This document shows positions 30,046 to 46,014 of a stretch of 64,000 nt of DNA, piece by piece. The stretch comes from a virus. The stretch lies in the IMG/VR virus record IMGVR_UViG_3300028127_000003; one strand, written 5' to 3'. The position numbers and the translations under genes are program-made. The first letter of the stretch is position 1; each line of letters starts with the position of its first letter. The notes below the pieces were generated by a model. That model worked only from the letters and a program-made list of their open reading frames with translations. It ran no database searches and was not told where the DNA came from.

Positions 30046-31919
30046 TATTTTACTTTTTCTAATTTAGTTACTTTTTTTTCAACTCCTGATTTTTCAGCGT
30101 ATGTTTCGTTAGCAACTCCTTCTTCTTCTCCATATCTTGACTCTGCTGAGATAGGATAGTCAGGGCTTTCATTATATGCCCAATCTTCTATTCCTAATTC
30201 AATAAATCTAGCGTTGATTTGTTCATTATAATATTGTGCTATTGTTCTAACTCTTCTTTGAATGTCTGCTCTTGATAAATCATGAGTGTTTCTTCCACCT
30301 TGATTATTATAGAGAAATTGAATATAGCTTAGTTTAGGTATTTTACATATCTTAGAATATAGGAAGCTTCTGATCACTAATTCAAAATCATCTGCAATTG
30401 TTAGACTTCTGTTATGTCCTCCTATTTCAAAATAAGTAGATCTTCTCCATGCTCTAACGTGATTTGGAACTCCTACAATATGTCTGATTGTTTTTGGATT
30501 AATATTCTGTTGATTAGCAGGTGACAACATTCTACCTTCATACTCTTCTTCTCTATAAGAACCATATCCTAATGCAAACCCTTCTCCATATCTTTGATTT
30601 TCCCACTCTTCATTTACCTCGGCAGTATCTCCATAAAACATACCACAATCAGGATGTGCCTGTGCAGCATTATGTAAATCTTCTGCACATGTTTTAACCA
30701 ATAAGTCATCATGGTCTAATTCTGCTAGAATATATCCTTTAGCAAGAGAACAACATCTGTATTTAGATTCTCCAATACATCCTCCTGATTTTTCTCTAAA
30801 ATCATACACCTTTACTCTTGGATCTACTAACGCAATTTCTTCTGCTATCTTTAAAGTTTTACCTCCATCGGTGGAATCATTTACTAAAACCCATTCCCAG
30901 TTATTATACGTCTGATCTCTTACGGATCTATATGTGTTCCATAACTTTTCACCAGTATTATATATAGGCGTAAAGAATGAAATCATCTGATCATCTTCTA
31001 GGTTAGAAGGAGATAGAATAGAATTCATTGCTACGGAATATGCAGTGTTTCCTATATTTTCCGTGTTCTCAGAATTAAACCACCTTTTTCTAAATTGGAG
31101 AGGAAGAGAAGCTAGGTTAGGAAACTCTTTCCATGATTCTCCATTTGTAATAATTGCATCAGGATTAAACGACGTAACTGCGTTAATTACTTCACTATCG
31201 TCTTCTAAGTATTTAACGTCTAATTCATCTGCTTCATACGATAAATATTTTATAGACTTTAATTCTGGCTTAGTTTTTCCTATATAAATTATTTTAGGTA
31301 TTTTTGCACTTGGTACTTTTTCTAAATAATTGTAGTGGCATAAAACCTTGTCAATCCATACGAATGAATCACCATGTGTTTTTAATACTTCTTCTATAAA
31401 GAAACCGTCTGCTGCATAATTTGCACTAAACGAATGAGTATCAAATATGCTTCTATTAATAACCATCTGTGCAATGTCAATTTTCTGAAATGCAGTATTT
31501 TCACGACTAGCTACTCTAATTTCTTGTCCGGTAAAATCTCTACCTGCAACTAATTGAGAAACGATATGAACCTGTGCAATTGGAAGATTCTTTATACTCG
31601 CTTTAATAGTTTTGTAAAAGTCTTCGTGTATAATGTTATCATCATCTAGTAAATAGATCCAACCTGATTTGATTGTTCTAATAATATCAGAAACTTCAGG
31701 ATATAATAATCCTCCTCTTTGTCCTTTTACAAAATGTAATTTGACATTGACAGTATCTGTTAAGTTCGAGAGAACCTCTGCATCAATATCCTTTAATGCT
31801 CCTGTATCAAATACAATGTGCCAATTTACTGTTACTCCCTTAGGCGCATTTAATACTCCTTCTTTAATTGTTAAAAGGTTACTTGTTCTGGTACACCTTG
31901 TAATAATATTAATCTTCAT
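30045..31919 (-). CDS. Bi-domain glycosyltransferase (two GT-A/GT2-like domains)
   Basis: N-term WIYLLDDDN; C-term ISFFTPIYNT...WEWVLVNDST...ILAELDHDD...ADDFEL. Confidence 0.82.
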   Translation of the reverse strand: MKINIITRCTRTSNLLTIKEGVLNAPKGVTVNWHIVFDTGALKDIDAEVLSNLTDTVNVKLHFVKGQRGGLLYPEVSDIIRTIKSGWIYLLDDDNIIHEDFYKTIKASIKNLPIAQVHIVSQLVAGRDFTGQEIRVASRENTAFQKIDIAQMVINRSIFDTHSFSANYAADGFFIEEVLKTHGDSFVWIDKVLCHYNYLEKVPSAKIPKIIYIGKTKPELKSIKYLSYEADELDVKYLEDDSEVINAVTSFNPDAIITNGESWKEFPNLASLPLQFRKRWFNSENTENIGNTAYSVAMNSILSPSNLEDDQMISFFTPIYNTGEKLWNTYRSVRDQTYNNWEWVLVNDSTDGGKTLKIAEEIALVDPRVKVYDFREKSGGCIGESKYRCCSLAKGYILAELDHDDLLVKTCAEDLHNAAQAHPDCGMFYGDTAEVNEEWENQRYGEGFALGYGSYREEEYEGRMLSPANQQNINPKTIRHIVGVPNHVRAWRRSTYFEIGGHNRSLTIADDFELVIRSFLYSKICKIPKLSYIQFLYNNQGGRNTHDLSRADIQRRVRTIAQYYNEQINARFIELGIEDWAYNESPDYPISAESRYGEEEGVANETYAEKSGVEKKVTKLEKVK

Positions 31920-31933
31920 ATTTATATTTGTTT

Positions 31934-32866
31934 TTATACGTCAAAAAAGAACATGTGAAAAAATCTAGCATTGTCAATTGCATCTCCAAAATACTGAGTC
32001 GCAGCGTGGATATTTTTAGCATTAAACAAGACTAATCTATTATACACATTTCCTACTTCATCTATTTTTTCAAAATTAGATCCATCGTAAAAATTCATTT
32101 CATTACTATTACCCTTGAATGCATCTATGTATGCTTGGGTTTTTCTTTTATCGTCATCGAATGTATAATCACCCGTGACTTTACTTCTATAGAACGCAGT
32201 TCCAGATGTAGGTGGAGCGTCAGGTGTTAAATATACCATTGCTGCATAAGTTTGATTATCCACGTGATAAACAATCTGTTGATCTGCTGTACAAAATTGA
32301 AATATTCCGTTAGCATACCTGTCGTGATTCCAATTGAATATTGGTTTTCCTATAATTTCTTCTAGTTTTTCTTTAGTTCCATCTAAGATAAATCTTTCAT
32401 TTGCTCTTTGGCCCTTGTGATAATCGGAAGGTGTAAATTCTAAATGGTTCATTGCCCATTCTCTTACAAGGTCAGGATCATTATAAAAATTATCTACTAC
32501 TATAACATCCTTTGATGTATTTGCAAATCCTGAATGATACGATAACCAGTGTCCGATTGGACCTATTGCAGTTTCTCCAATACTAGTATGGATGACTAGT
32601 GTTTTTAGTTTTTTATCAAAAGGAACCTCAATAGTAAATGACATATTCTGATTAGTAAGCTGATTTGAATATACTTCCATTACGTCTTGCCTATCACCTA
32701 AAAATTGAACTTTAAGAGGTTCATTTGACATTGAAAAGCCTAAAGCTTCTCCGCCTATTAATCCAACCCATCCATTAAGAGTATATGTGTCTGTATTCTT
32801 AGTTACGCTTTCCACATAGAATTTTACATTCTTGTTAAACGTATCATGTTTGATTTTATTATCCAT
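31934..32866 (-). CDS. 2OG-Fe(II) oxygenase with N-terminal extra domain
   Basis: IVVDNFY, YHVD (HxD), YAAMVYLTP..SGTAFY, YNRLVLF..IHAA, distal R. Confidence 0.7.
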   Translation of the reverse strand: MDNKIKHDTFNKNVKFYVESVTKNTDTYTLNGWVGLIGGEALGFSMSNEPLKVQFLGDRQDVMEVYSNQLTNQNMSFTIEVPFDKKLKTLVIHTSIGETAIGPIGHWLSYHSGFANTSKDVIVVDNFYNDPDLVREWAMNHLEFTPSDYHKGQRANERFILDGTKEKLEEIIGKPIFNWNHDRYANGIFQFCTADQQIVYHVDNQTYAAMVYLTPDAPPTSGTAFYRSKVTGDYTFDDDKRKTQAYIDAFKGNSNEMNFYDGSNFEKIDEVGNVYNRLVLFNAKNIHAATQYFGDAIDNARFFHMFFFDV

Positions 32867-32960
32867 CGATTGTGTTCTATAATATTAGTTATACTTAGAT
32901 ATTTTAAATTGTTTACTAAGTGTAATAAGATAATAAGTTATTACAATCTATATATCACAT

Positions 32961-32990
32961 AAAAAAAGGGTCCTCTTTCGAGGACCCTTT
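32961..32990 (-). terminator. Rho-independent terminator after collagen gene
   Basis: AAAGGGTCCTC-TTTC-GAGGACCCTTT perfect hairpin, GAAA loop on minus strand, U-tract. Confidence 0.85.
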
Positions 32991-33014
32991 CTAAAATTAT
33001 CTTGATGATTTAAA

Positions 33015-38573
<5,559 letters not shown>

Positions 38574-38593
38574 GTTTTAATAATTTATTTTTT

Positions 38594-39370
38594 TTAGTCG
38601 TCTAGATTACTTTTGTCGTATACTACTTCAAACTGATCAGTTCCAGCAAGCTCATAACCTGCAAGAGTTCCGTTCCAGTAAAGTGTATCTCCAGCATCTA
38701 AGTCAGAAGCAGGAACAGCAGTTGCACCACCGTCTCTTGAGAAATATACGTCTCCGTTTCTATCATTATAAGATTCGTCAAGTGCTATACCGTTTAAGAA
38801 TACTTGAACTGTTGAATCTTGGAAAGGAGTATACGTTAGTGTAAGTCCTGTTGATGAGTAATTACCTGAAGTTACAGCAGAGAACGAAGTCTGTGTGAAT
38901 TCTTCTGGTTGAATTAGGTCTGTTGGCGACTGCGATGGTCTCCATGGAAGAACATGACCCACTGTTTCTGTTAATGCTTGTAAAACAGGATTGCTGTATG
39001 CAAAACCTGGATCACCAGTATTAACGTAATCTTCTAAAGTACCGTTACCTGAGTTATCTACAACGTAGAAATCTCCGGGAACTAACTGGTCCAATTTAGG
39101 CCATGCTGAAACGTTAATAGTTCCAACTTGCACAGCGATAAAATTGTCCGCGTCTACAATAGATTCGATGATTAATCTTCCTAGCTTGTTAGCAGTGCTT
39201 GAATCAGCTAACACCCATCTAGAACCCACATAAGCTATAACAACTCCAGCAGAAAAACCGTGGTCTTCCTGTGTGTAAGCTGATTTAAGCGAACCTGATT
39301 CAATGCTGGTGTTAATAAGATCAAGAGCAGCCTGTAAGCCGTCAATTTGCTTGATTTTAATTAATGACAT
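38594..39370 (-). CDS. Putative appendage/fibre attachment structural protein
   Basis: N-term MSLIKIKQI; C-terminal domain shared with 43513-44739. Confidence 0.6.
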   Translation of the reverse strand: MSLIKIKQIDGLQAALDLINTSIESGSLKSAYTQEDHGFSAGVVIAYVGSRWVLADSSTANKLGRLIIESIVDADNFIAVQVGTINVSAWPKLDQLVPGDFYVVDNSGNGTLEDYVNTGDPGFAYSNPVLQALTETVGHVLPWRPSQSPTDLIQPEEFTQTSFSAVTSGNYSSTGLTLTYTPFQDSTVQVFLNGIALDESYNDRNGDVYFSRDGGATAVPASDLDAGDTLYWNGTLAGYELAGTDQFEVVYDKSNLDD

Positions 39371-39489
39371 GAATAGTTACATTTTTTTTTATTTATTTTA
39401 AATGTGGAATAATTCCACTCAATCTTATATATTATAAATTGATGGGATAAAGGTCCCAGAATCTATAGTATAAGATATTATTTTACGTA

Positions 39490-40260
39490 TTAAAAATCCC
39501 ACTTATCTGTAAAGTGACATCTTACGTATGTTGGTCGGTTCATTACTGCTCCGCCTTTATGATTTTCTCTGAATCTTACGTTGAAATCTGAATCTTCACT
39601 TACGTTACCCCAAGTATCTCTCCATAAAACAGATGCAGATGGTTTATGCATAAACAACCAAGGACTCATTACTACTAAACCTTCCTTTATTCTTGTTATG
39701 TTCCACTTTCCTTCAACATCTGGAAGTTCTTCACCATATTCTGTAGAATCTTCAAATGTTTTATCGTCTTTAAATTTCATTACTTCGTTATCGTACCAAG
39801 ATCTGTTAATCCACCAATTAGCGTCAGGGTTTTTATTAAACTCTATCATTAGGTGTAGTGTATGTTCTTCTAATAACATATCGTCTGAATCCATATATGT
39901 AATTAAATTTCCAGTTGCGGCTCCTACTCCTACTCTACGAGGAAAACCTCTATAATATTTGTTGCCTTCTTCGTTTTGCATATATGTACTCATTTCTTTT
40001 GAGTTTCTAGAAACGTATATTAATCTTATGTTATCTTCAGTTTGAAAATGAGCATCATATAGTGACTTTGTTTCCATGCAATTGTCTGCTACTATTATTA
40101 ATTCACAGTTTTTATATAATTGATTTTGAAAACTCTGGACTGCTCTTAAAAATTTAGAATGTGAATCTTTCCTAGATCCTGGATAATTACCAAGATATGA
40201 TTGCATGATAATACTAATCTTTGGCTTTGCAGCCGCTTCAATTACTTCTTTTAATTCCAT
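39490..40260 (-). CDS. Glycosyltransferase family 2-like
   Basis: KISIIMQSYL, ELIIVADN, LITYMDSDD, SEDSDF. Confidence 0.8.
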   Translation of the reverse strand: MELKEVIEAAAKPKISIIMQSYLGNYPGSRKDSHSKFLRAVQSFQNQLYKNCELIIVADNCMETKSLYDAHFQTEDNIRLIYVSRNSKEMSTYMQNEEGNKYYRGFPRRVGVGAATGNLITYMDSDDMLLEEHTLHLMIEFNKNPDANWWINRSWYDNEVMKFKDDKTFEDSTEYGEELPDVEGKWNITRIKEGLVVMSPWLFMHKPSASVLWRDTWGNVSEDSDFNVRFRENHKGGAVMNRPTYVRCHFTDKWDF

Positions 40261-40272
40261 TATTTATTATGT

Positions 40273-41460
40273 TTATTTATATAGGTTTGTTGACCAGTCA
40301 TATTCGTTTGATAGAGCATGTTTTCCTGGTTCAAAAATATTCTCTATTAGTTTTTTATATGTATCTACGATGTTAGGATTTGTTGTAAGATATCTTGAAA
40401 GAACCTTTGTGCTTTTTGCTGTATATTCCTTTTCTATCTCATCATGATGATTTAATACATTCTCTAACATCTTTGCAGCTGACACTGTATCGAATCCTTT
40501 ATAATAATACCCTGCATCCTTTATCATTGTTGCGTTATGAACTAAAGGATATCCAAAATAAAGAGCGTCTAAATATGCATAGTTTAAAGGATTATCCCAT
40601 TGATGTGAAAGAACTATATCCGTTTTCTCAGAAAGAAAATTAGTTACTGGGTACCTTGAGCACATTTTTAATTTACCGGAATGAGTTACATCTAAGTGTT
40701 TAATGGAACTAATAAAGTATTTACTAGATAATAATCTTTTACCACTTCCTACCCAAAATTCATTGAACGCCTTTTTACCCTTTTTTCTGTATAGTTCTTC
40801 TACCATCATGATAAGAGGCATACAATATTTAACTACATTCATATTAGGTTCCATTGAAGATAGGTTCATATCTTCTGCATTCTTGCCTCCTTTATAGAAT
40901 GCGTCTTTCATACCATTTCTGACGTTTTTAGAATTTTCTTCTTTTATAAACTTAGGACTCCATACAAATGGAACCACTTTAACCTTGTCAGCAGAAAGCC
41001 TTCCCATTGTTTGATAGTATGATCTATTTTGATATTCCTGCTGTGGAATAAACCATGCTTCATCGTGGCCATGCGTCCAATTACTTACAGATTCTTTAGA
41101 ATCAAATAAGACTCTTTCCATATCTATAATATAATTATTACCGCAAAAGTATTTAATAATCTTAATTTTAGGATTCTTTTTTCTAACGGCGACTGTTTGC
41201 TCGGTACTAAATGAAGTTCCTAGAAGTATTAATAAATCCGTTGAATTTACTTTATCTGCATATTTATAAATAGGATATTTAGAAGTGTCCCAATCTACCT
41301 TTGACAGATCTTTAACTTTATTACTAGTGTCTAACGCATATACACTATGATCTCCTATTTCAGAAAGAGTTTCAATTAAATTTAATACATTTAATTTGAT
41401 TCCATTTATCCAAAGAGATTCATTATCCTGTTGTAATCCTAGTGTAATTCCAATGTTCAT
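40273..41460 (-). CDS. DUF2827-like putative glycosyltransferase
   Basis: Start moved to MNIGITLG (track start overlaps a terminator); MEPNMNVVK, VLSHQWDNPLNYAYLDALYFGYPLVHNA..AGYYY; family name recalled, not verified. Confidence 0.6.
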   Translation of the reverse strand: MNIGITLGLQQDNESLWINGIKLNVLNLIETLSEIGDHSVYALDTSNKVKDLSKVDWDTSKYPIYKYADKVNSTDLLILLGTSFSTEQTVAVRKKNPKIKIIKYFCGNNYIIDMERVLFDSKESVSNWTHGHDEAWFIPQQEYQNRSYYQTMGRLSADKVKVVPFVWSPKFIKEENSKNVRNGMKDAFYKGGKNAEDMNLSSMEPNMNVVKYCMPLIMMVEELYRKKGKKAFNEFWVGSGKRLLSSKYFISSIKHLDVTHSGKLKMCSRYPVTNFLSEKTDIVLSHQWDNPLNYAYLDALYFGYPLVHNATMIKDAGYYYKGFDTVSAAKMLENVLNHHDEIEKEYTAKSTKVLSRYLTTNPNIVDTYKKLIENIFEPGKHALSNEYDWSTNLYK

Positions 41461-41497
41461 GTTAAACCGATATTTTGTTTTACTATATATTTTAAAT

Positions 41498-41526
41498 AAA
41501 AAAGGCTCCTCTTCCGAGGAGCCTTT
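41498..41526 (-). terminator. Rho-independent terminator
   Basis: AAAGGCTCCTC-TTCC-GAGGAGCCTTT perfect hairpin with U-tract on minus strand. Confidence 0.85.
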
Positions 41527-41569
41527 AATCAATTAAGCATTAAGCTAATAATTTAAACCGAAGTTTAGA

Positions 41570-43342
41570 TTATAGTTTTATACCCATAACTTGAACTTTG
41601 TCCTTAGCATCAACGTCATAAGCTAATAAGCCTGTGAAATCGATATCAGTTCCACCTGTACATCTGAAGTCAACGAATACACCGTTTACATAAACAGTTA
41701 AATCATCGTTAGTTCCGAATGCAACTGGCTGAGGTAAAGTAAATAAGTTAGTTGCAGTAAATACTGCAGTTTGTCTTAGGTACGTACCACCTTCTTCAAC
41801 AGCTACTTCTAATGAATCGATAGATGCGTTTATAACATTTACCTCTCCGTTAGTTGTTGCTATCTCAGCAGCTAATTCAGCAGATAAAGCAGATTCAACA
41901 GAACCAGCTCTTGTGATTTCAGCAGCTAAGTCACCTTCAACACCTAATACTCTAGTGTCGATTGAAGTGATGTCACCAGCTAATTCACCGTCAACAACCT
42001 CTAAAGAATTAACTGAAGCAGTTAATAATAAGTTGTCAGCGTCGTTAGCGTCGATCTGTGCTTTTAACTTAGCGTCTTCACCAGCTCTATCTTCTTTTTC
42101 TTGCTCGATAGCAATCGCTAGATTGTTATCAACAGCTTCTAAAGAATCGATAGATCTGTCTTGTGCGATTTGCTCAGCGTTAGTTGAAGCGATTTCAGCA
42201 GCTAAAGCAACTTCTAAAGAATCAACAGATGCGTCAGTTCTTACTACGAATGCAGCAAAAGCATCATCATTTTCAGTATCAACAGAGTTGATTAAAGAAA
42301 CGATTTCAGCGAATGAATCTTTGTCAGCAGTTGAAGCTTCTAAGATTGCATCGATTCTACCTTTTTCTGTAGCGATGTCAGATGCTAATTCACCATCAAC
42401 AACCTCTAAAGAGTTTACAGATAATGTTAAGTTAGCGTTGTCTAAATCGTTAGCGTCGATTCTAGAACCTAATGCTAAATCAGCAGCAGCTCTTAATCTT
42501 GCTTCCTCTTCGATAGAAGATGATAAACCAGCGTCAGCAGCTTCTAAAGAATCAATAGATGCGTTTTGAACAGCTTGCTCAGCAGCAGTTTCAGCGATCT
42601 CAGCAGATAATTCTGCAGATATCTTACCTTCCATTGCAGTTGCTCTGTCGATTTCAGCTTGTAAGTCACCTTCAACACCAGATACTCTAGTGTCTAATGA
42701 AGTGATGTTACCAGCAAAACCATTGTCAACAACTTCTAATGAATCGATAGATGCGTTAACATTGATAAAATCAGCGTTAGTTGCAGCGATCTCTGCGTTT
42801 AAAGCAGCTTCAATAGCATTTTCTCTACCAGTTGCTCTTTCGATTTCAGAAGCTAAGTCACCTTCAACACCTAATACTCTAGTGTCTAATGAAGTGATGT
42901 CACCTTCTAAACCAAGAATGTCAGAGTCATTGCTTGTGATTTGTCTCTGAAGATCAGCATCAACTAATTCTAATGAATCGATTGACTTATCTGTTCTTAG
43001 TACGAATGAAGCGAATGCATTGTCATTTTCAGTATCAACTGCGTTGATTAAAGAAACGATTTCAGCGAATGAATCTTTGTCTGCTTCTGCAGAATCTAAG
43101 ATTGCATCTACTCTTTCTTTTTCTGTTACGATCTCAGCCGATAAAGCAGTATCAACAGCTTCTAAAGAAGATACTTCACCTGCGATGAAAGTCTCTAAAG
43201 AGTTTACTGATGCGTCTACTGTATCAAATCCTTGTTTGATGTCCCATACGTTTGCAATTTTTACATTGTCAGACGATACAACATTTGCCCATGTGATTGA
43301 ACTTAGAAAGTCAGAAATTTGTTTTGAACGAATTTGTGCCAT
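41570..43342 (-). CDS. Long coiled-coil fibre/whisker-like protein with modular repeats
   Basis: Ala/Asp/Glu-rich heptads; repeated S(I/V)(D/N)SLE motif; duplicated DAIL...ADKDSFAEIVSLIN blocks; small beta C-terminal domain. Confidence 0.7.
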   Translation of the reverse strand: MAQIRSKQISDFLSSITWANVVSSDNVKIANVWDIKQGFDTVDASVNSLETFIAGEVSSLEAVDTALSAEIVTEKERVDAILDSAEADKDSFAEIVSLINAVDTENDNAFASFVLRTDKSIDSLELVDADLQRQITSNDSDILGLEGDITSLDTRVLGVEGDLASEIERATGRENAIEAALNAEIAATNADFINVNASIDSLEVVDNGFAGNITSLDTRVSGVEGDLQAEIDRATAMEGKISAELSAEIAETAAEQAVQNASIDSLEAADAGLSSSIEEEARLRAAADLALGSRIDANDLDNANLTLSVNSLEVVDGELASDIATEKGRIDAILEASTADKDSFAEIVSLINSVDTENDDAFAAFVVRTDASVDSLEVALAAEIASTNAEQIAQDRSIDSLEAVDNNLAIAIEQEKEDRAGEDAKLKAQIDANDADNLLLTASVNSLEVVDGELAGDITSIDTRVLGVEGDLAAEITRAGSVESALSAELAAEIATTNGEVNVINASIDSLEVAVEEGGTYLRQTAVFTATNLFTLPQPVAFGTNDDLTVYVNGVFVDFRCTGGTDIDFTGLLAYDVDAKDKVQVMGIKL

Positions 43343-43512
43343 ATTATTTATATAATTATTTTTTGCACACCCTACATTATTGTAGGATTGGATTATATAT
43401 TAATACGTTTATTCGTGGGGGGTAAAAAAGTATATAATATCTTAATAAAATTAATTAAATTTTACGTATTTACGTTTTTACGTTTTTCTTATAATACTAA
43501 GATAATATATTA

Positions 43513-44739
43513 TTAAGAATAAGATTCGTAGAATAAAGAGACTCTATCTTCATCAGTGAGCTCATATCCCGCGACTATCGAGTTAAAGATTAATTCATCA
43601 CCTACTCGGATATCTTGGAATGTTCTAGCAGTAGTTCCTCCATCTGATGAAAAGTAACCATCTAGGTTTTTAGTTCCGTCTCCTAATGAAATAGAAATAC
43701 CATTAATTTCAACGTCAATGTATTGGCCATCTTGCGGTGTAACCGATAATATGATTCCAGTTCTAGATACATTTCCAGATGTATTATTTGGAATTAATTC
43801 TTTATCTAGTACTGTGCTAGATTTCTTACCTAGATCAGTTGAAGATAATGCTGAACCATATACATCTAGTTTAAATGAAACTTCGTCCGTAACTAGCCAA
43901 TTATTTTTATATACACCAGGTCCTTCAGTCGACATTTCGTGAGATACTATAACCTGTATTGCATCATCGATGTCGTCAATACATTCTCCAGAAGAACAGT
44001 TGATTCTGTACCAGTCTACTACATTAAAAATAGAATATTGAGCGGTATCGCTTCTGTTTATTAATGTAATCGTACCTTCAATTCCATCTTTATCTATTCT
44101 GTTAATTAAAAAGTTTTCTAAAACACTTACTCTAATTCCATCGTAGTCACTATTCATAAATGTCATTTTAGTTACTAGACCAGGGGATCCTGAATCTAAA
44201 GATAAGCTTCCTTGTCCAATAGGAACTGAACCATCGATATGTTGAACTTTATAATATGGATCCATGGACGAAGATACACCTATTCCCGAACTTCTTTGAG
44301 TAGATTTATACAGAGAAGGATCGTGTCTGTTTTCATTAAATAAAATAGATCCAATTTCCATGTTAGGTAAAGAATAAACCTTAGTAGGTTCTATTCTAGA
44401 ATTAGTCACTACTATGTTTACGTATATTTTTCCAGCAGGAAGATTTAATGTTTGTAGTTTTGATAATTCAAATTGAAAAACAGCCTGTGTAGTTGGATCG
44501 TCATTTACTAATATAAGATCTCCTGAAACTCCGTATACTCTAGGCATTGAATATTGTGCGATTAAATCAGACGATTCATCTAATAAATTCATAGTAAATG
44601 TAGAATATAGTGATGTATTAAGATTTCCACCTACCCTATCTCTATATAGTTTTACTGTGTAGACTTGTGAGTCTCCCTGTATAACATCTATTGTGTTATC
44701 AATATATCCAATAATATCTTCTTGCGTAACCTGTGGCAT
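43513..44739 (-). CDS. Putative structural/appendage protein
   Basis: C-terminal domain shared with 38594-39370; late-type motif upstream. Confidence 0.6.
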   Translation of the reverse strand: MPQVTQEDIIGYIDNTIDVIQGDSQVYTVKLYRDRVGGNLNTSLYSTFTMNLLDESSDLIAQYSMPRVYGVSGDLILVNDDPTTQAVFQFELSKLQTLNLPAGKIYVNIVVTNSRIEPTKVYSLPNMEIGSILFNENRHDPSLYKSTQRSSGIGVSSSMDPYYKVQHIDGSVPIGQGSLSLDSGSPGLVTKMTFMNSDYDGIRVSVLENFLINRIDKDGIEGTITLINRSDTAQYSIFNVVDWYRINCSSGECIDDIDDAIQVIVSHEMSTEGPGVYKNNWLVTDEVSFKLDVYGSALSSTDLGKKSSTVLDKELIPNNTSGNVSRTGIILSVTPQDGQYIDVEINGISISLGDGTKNLDGYFSSDGGTTARTFQDIRVGDELIFNSIVAGYELTDEDRVSLFYESYS

Positions 44740-44777
44740 TTTTAAACTATTTTGTTTTTATAAACTATATATCTTGA

Positions 44778-45464
44778 TTAATTTGCTCTTAAATGATTGT
44801 AAAGCTTAAATTTTAATACTGGCAATACCCTTTCATTCATATCGAATTCTGAATTAACACTGCATCTAAAAAACCTATAATCAGAACTTTCATCTTGTAC
44901 CTTTGTAATAAAAAGAGAAATTGCTCTTATATCATACACTGTTTCTCCTTCATATTTTAGATTTAAATCTTTCCAGTTTTCTGTCAATAAAGAAGGAACT
45001 TTAAAAGAATATATTTGCATGATATCTTCAGGAGTTTTCACTAAAGCATATCCTAGTTTTTTAGTTCTTTTAATATCTGGAATTTCTGTAATGTTAATAG
45101 CCTTCTCGACTAATCTAAATACTACCCTTACATTTTTATGTATATCTTCTAATATATCTATAGCTTTATCACAAAGCTTATACATGTCTTCTATATGTTT
45201 ATCTCCTTCTGGATATTCATATTCTAAAGACATTGTGTCAAGGTTGATTCCCTTGAGAACTCTTAAATTAACGTCTATCTCCTCCTTCCTGTGCTTAATT
45301 TTATACATTTCAAGTAGATGATCTTCTACTTCATCGAGTATGGATATTAAGCCTCCATCTTTGAGAATCTTATTAAAAGTGTTCTCAGCTGCTAAGAGTT
45401 TATAGTATTTTAATTCAAAATCATGAGGCTCGATAGTGAGCCAATTTGGATCTAATACATTCAT
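44778..45464 (-). CDS. Hypothetical protein resembling a Bacteroidota conserved family
   Basis: W...DFELKYYKLLA N-terminus and LPV.K C-terminus (recalled similarity). Confidence 0.5.
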   Translation of the reverse strand: MNVLDPNWLTIEPHDFELKYYKLLAAENTFNKILKDGGLISILDEVEDHLLEMYKIKHRKEEIDVNLRVLKGINLDTMSLEYEYPEGDKHIEDMYKLCDKAIDILEDIHKNVRVVFRLVEKAINITEIPDIKRTKKLGYALVKTPEDIMQIYSFKVPSLLTENWKDLNLKYEGETVYDIRAISLFITKVQDESSDYRFFRCSVNSEFDMNERVLPVLKFKLYNHLRAN

Positions 45465-45496
45465 GGAATATTTATCTAAAATTCCACGCGTGTATT

Positions 45497-45808
45497 TTAT
45501 TTTTTAGAAGATGTCTTCTTTTTAGAAGCTTTTTTAGGTGGAGTTTGTTCGGTTGGAATAACTGCTAATCCCCATTGTAGAATAAACCACTGTGCTTCTT
45601 TCTCAGCTTGTTTGATGTCTAATCCTAATGTGTTAACAACAGTTTCTGTAATATGCTTTATAAACTTTTGCTCTTTTTCTTGAGTAGTTTTATATTCCAT
45701 ATACCATTGTGGATTGTCCTTAACATCATCATAGGTTACCCCATGATCTTTTAATTGATGATTGATTAGCTCAATAAATAATTCTCTTTCAATGTCTCTG
45801 TTTCTCAT
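45497..45808 (-). CDS. Hypothetical protein
   Basis: 103-aa ORF. Confidence 0.55.
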   Translation of the reverse strand: MRNRDIERELFIELINHQLKDHGVTYDDVKDNPQWYMEYKTTQEKEQKFIKHITETVVNTLGLDIKQAEKEAQWFILQWGLAVIPTEQTPPKKASKKKTSSKK

Positions 45809-46002
45809 AATGATAGTATTGTAATTAGTGCATCCATATCCTGTAACCTAATCCATTCGTCATAGGTTAAAGAGATCATGGTGAAGTCTTTTGCCGGTGT
45901 ATTTAAAAATTCAAACTCTTTCGTCGTCTCCGAAAAAGGATCACTTAATATCTTATTAAGAGAGTCTAAATCTTGCGTTTTTACGTAAATATGAATTTTC
46001 AT
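45805..46002 (-). CDS. Hypothetical protein
   Basis: 65-aa ORF. Confidence 0.5.
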   Translation of the reverse strand: MKIHIYVKTQDLDSLNKILSDPFSETTKEFEFLNTPAKDFTMISLTYDEWIRLQDMDALITILSL

Positions 46003-46014
46003 ATAATTTATATA

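Noticed and set aside
41461-41532. N-terminal 24 codons of the track ORF 40273-41532
   Set aside because: Overlaps a perfect terminator and a late-type motif; real start is likely ATG at 41460
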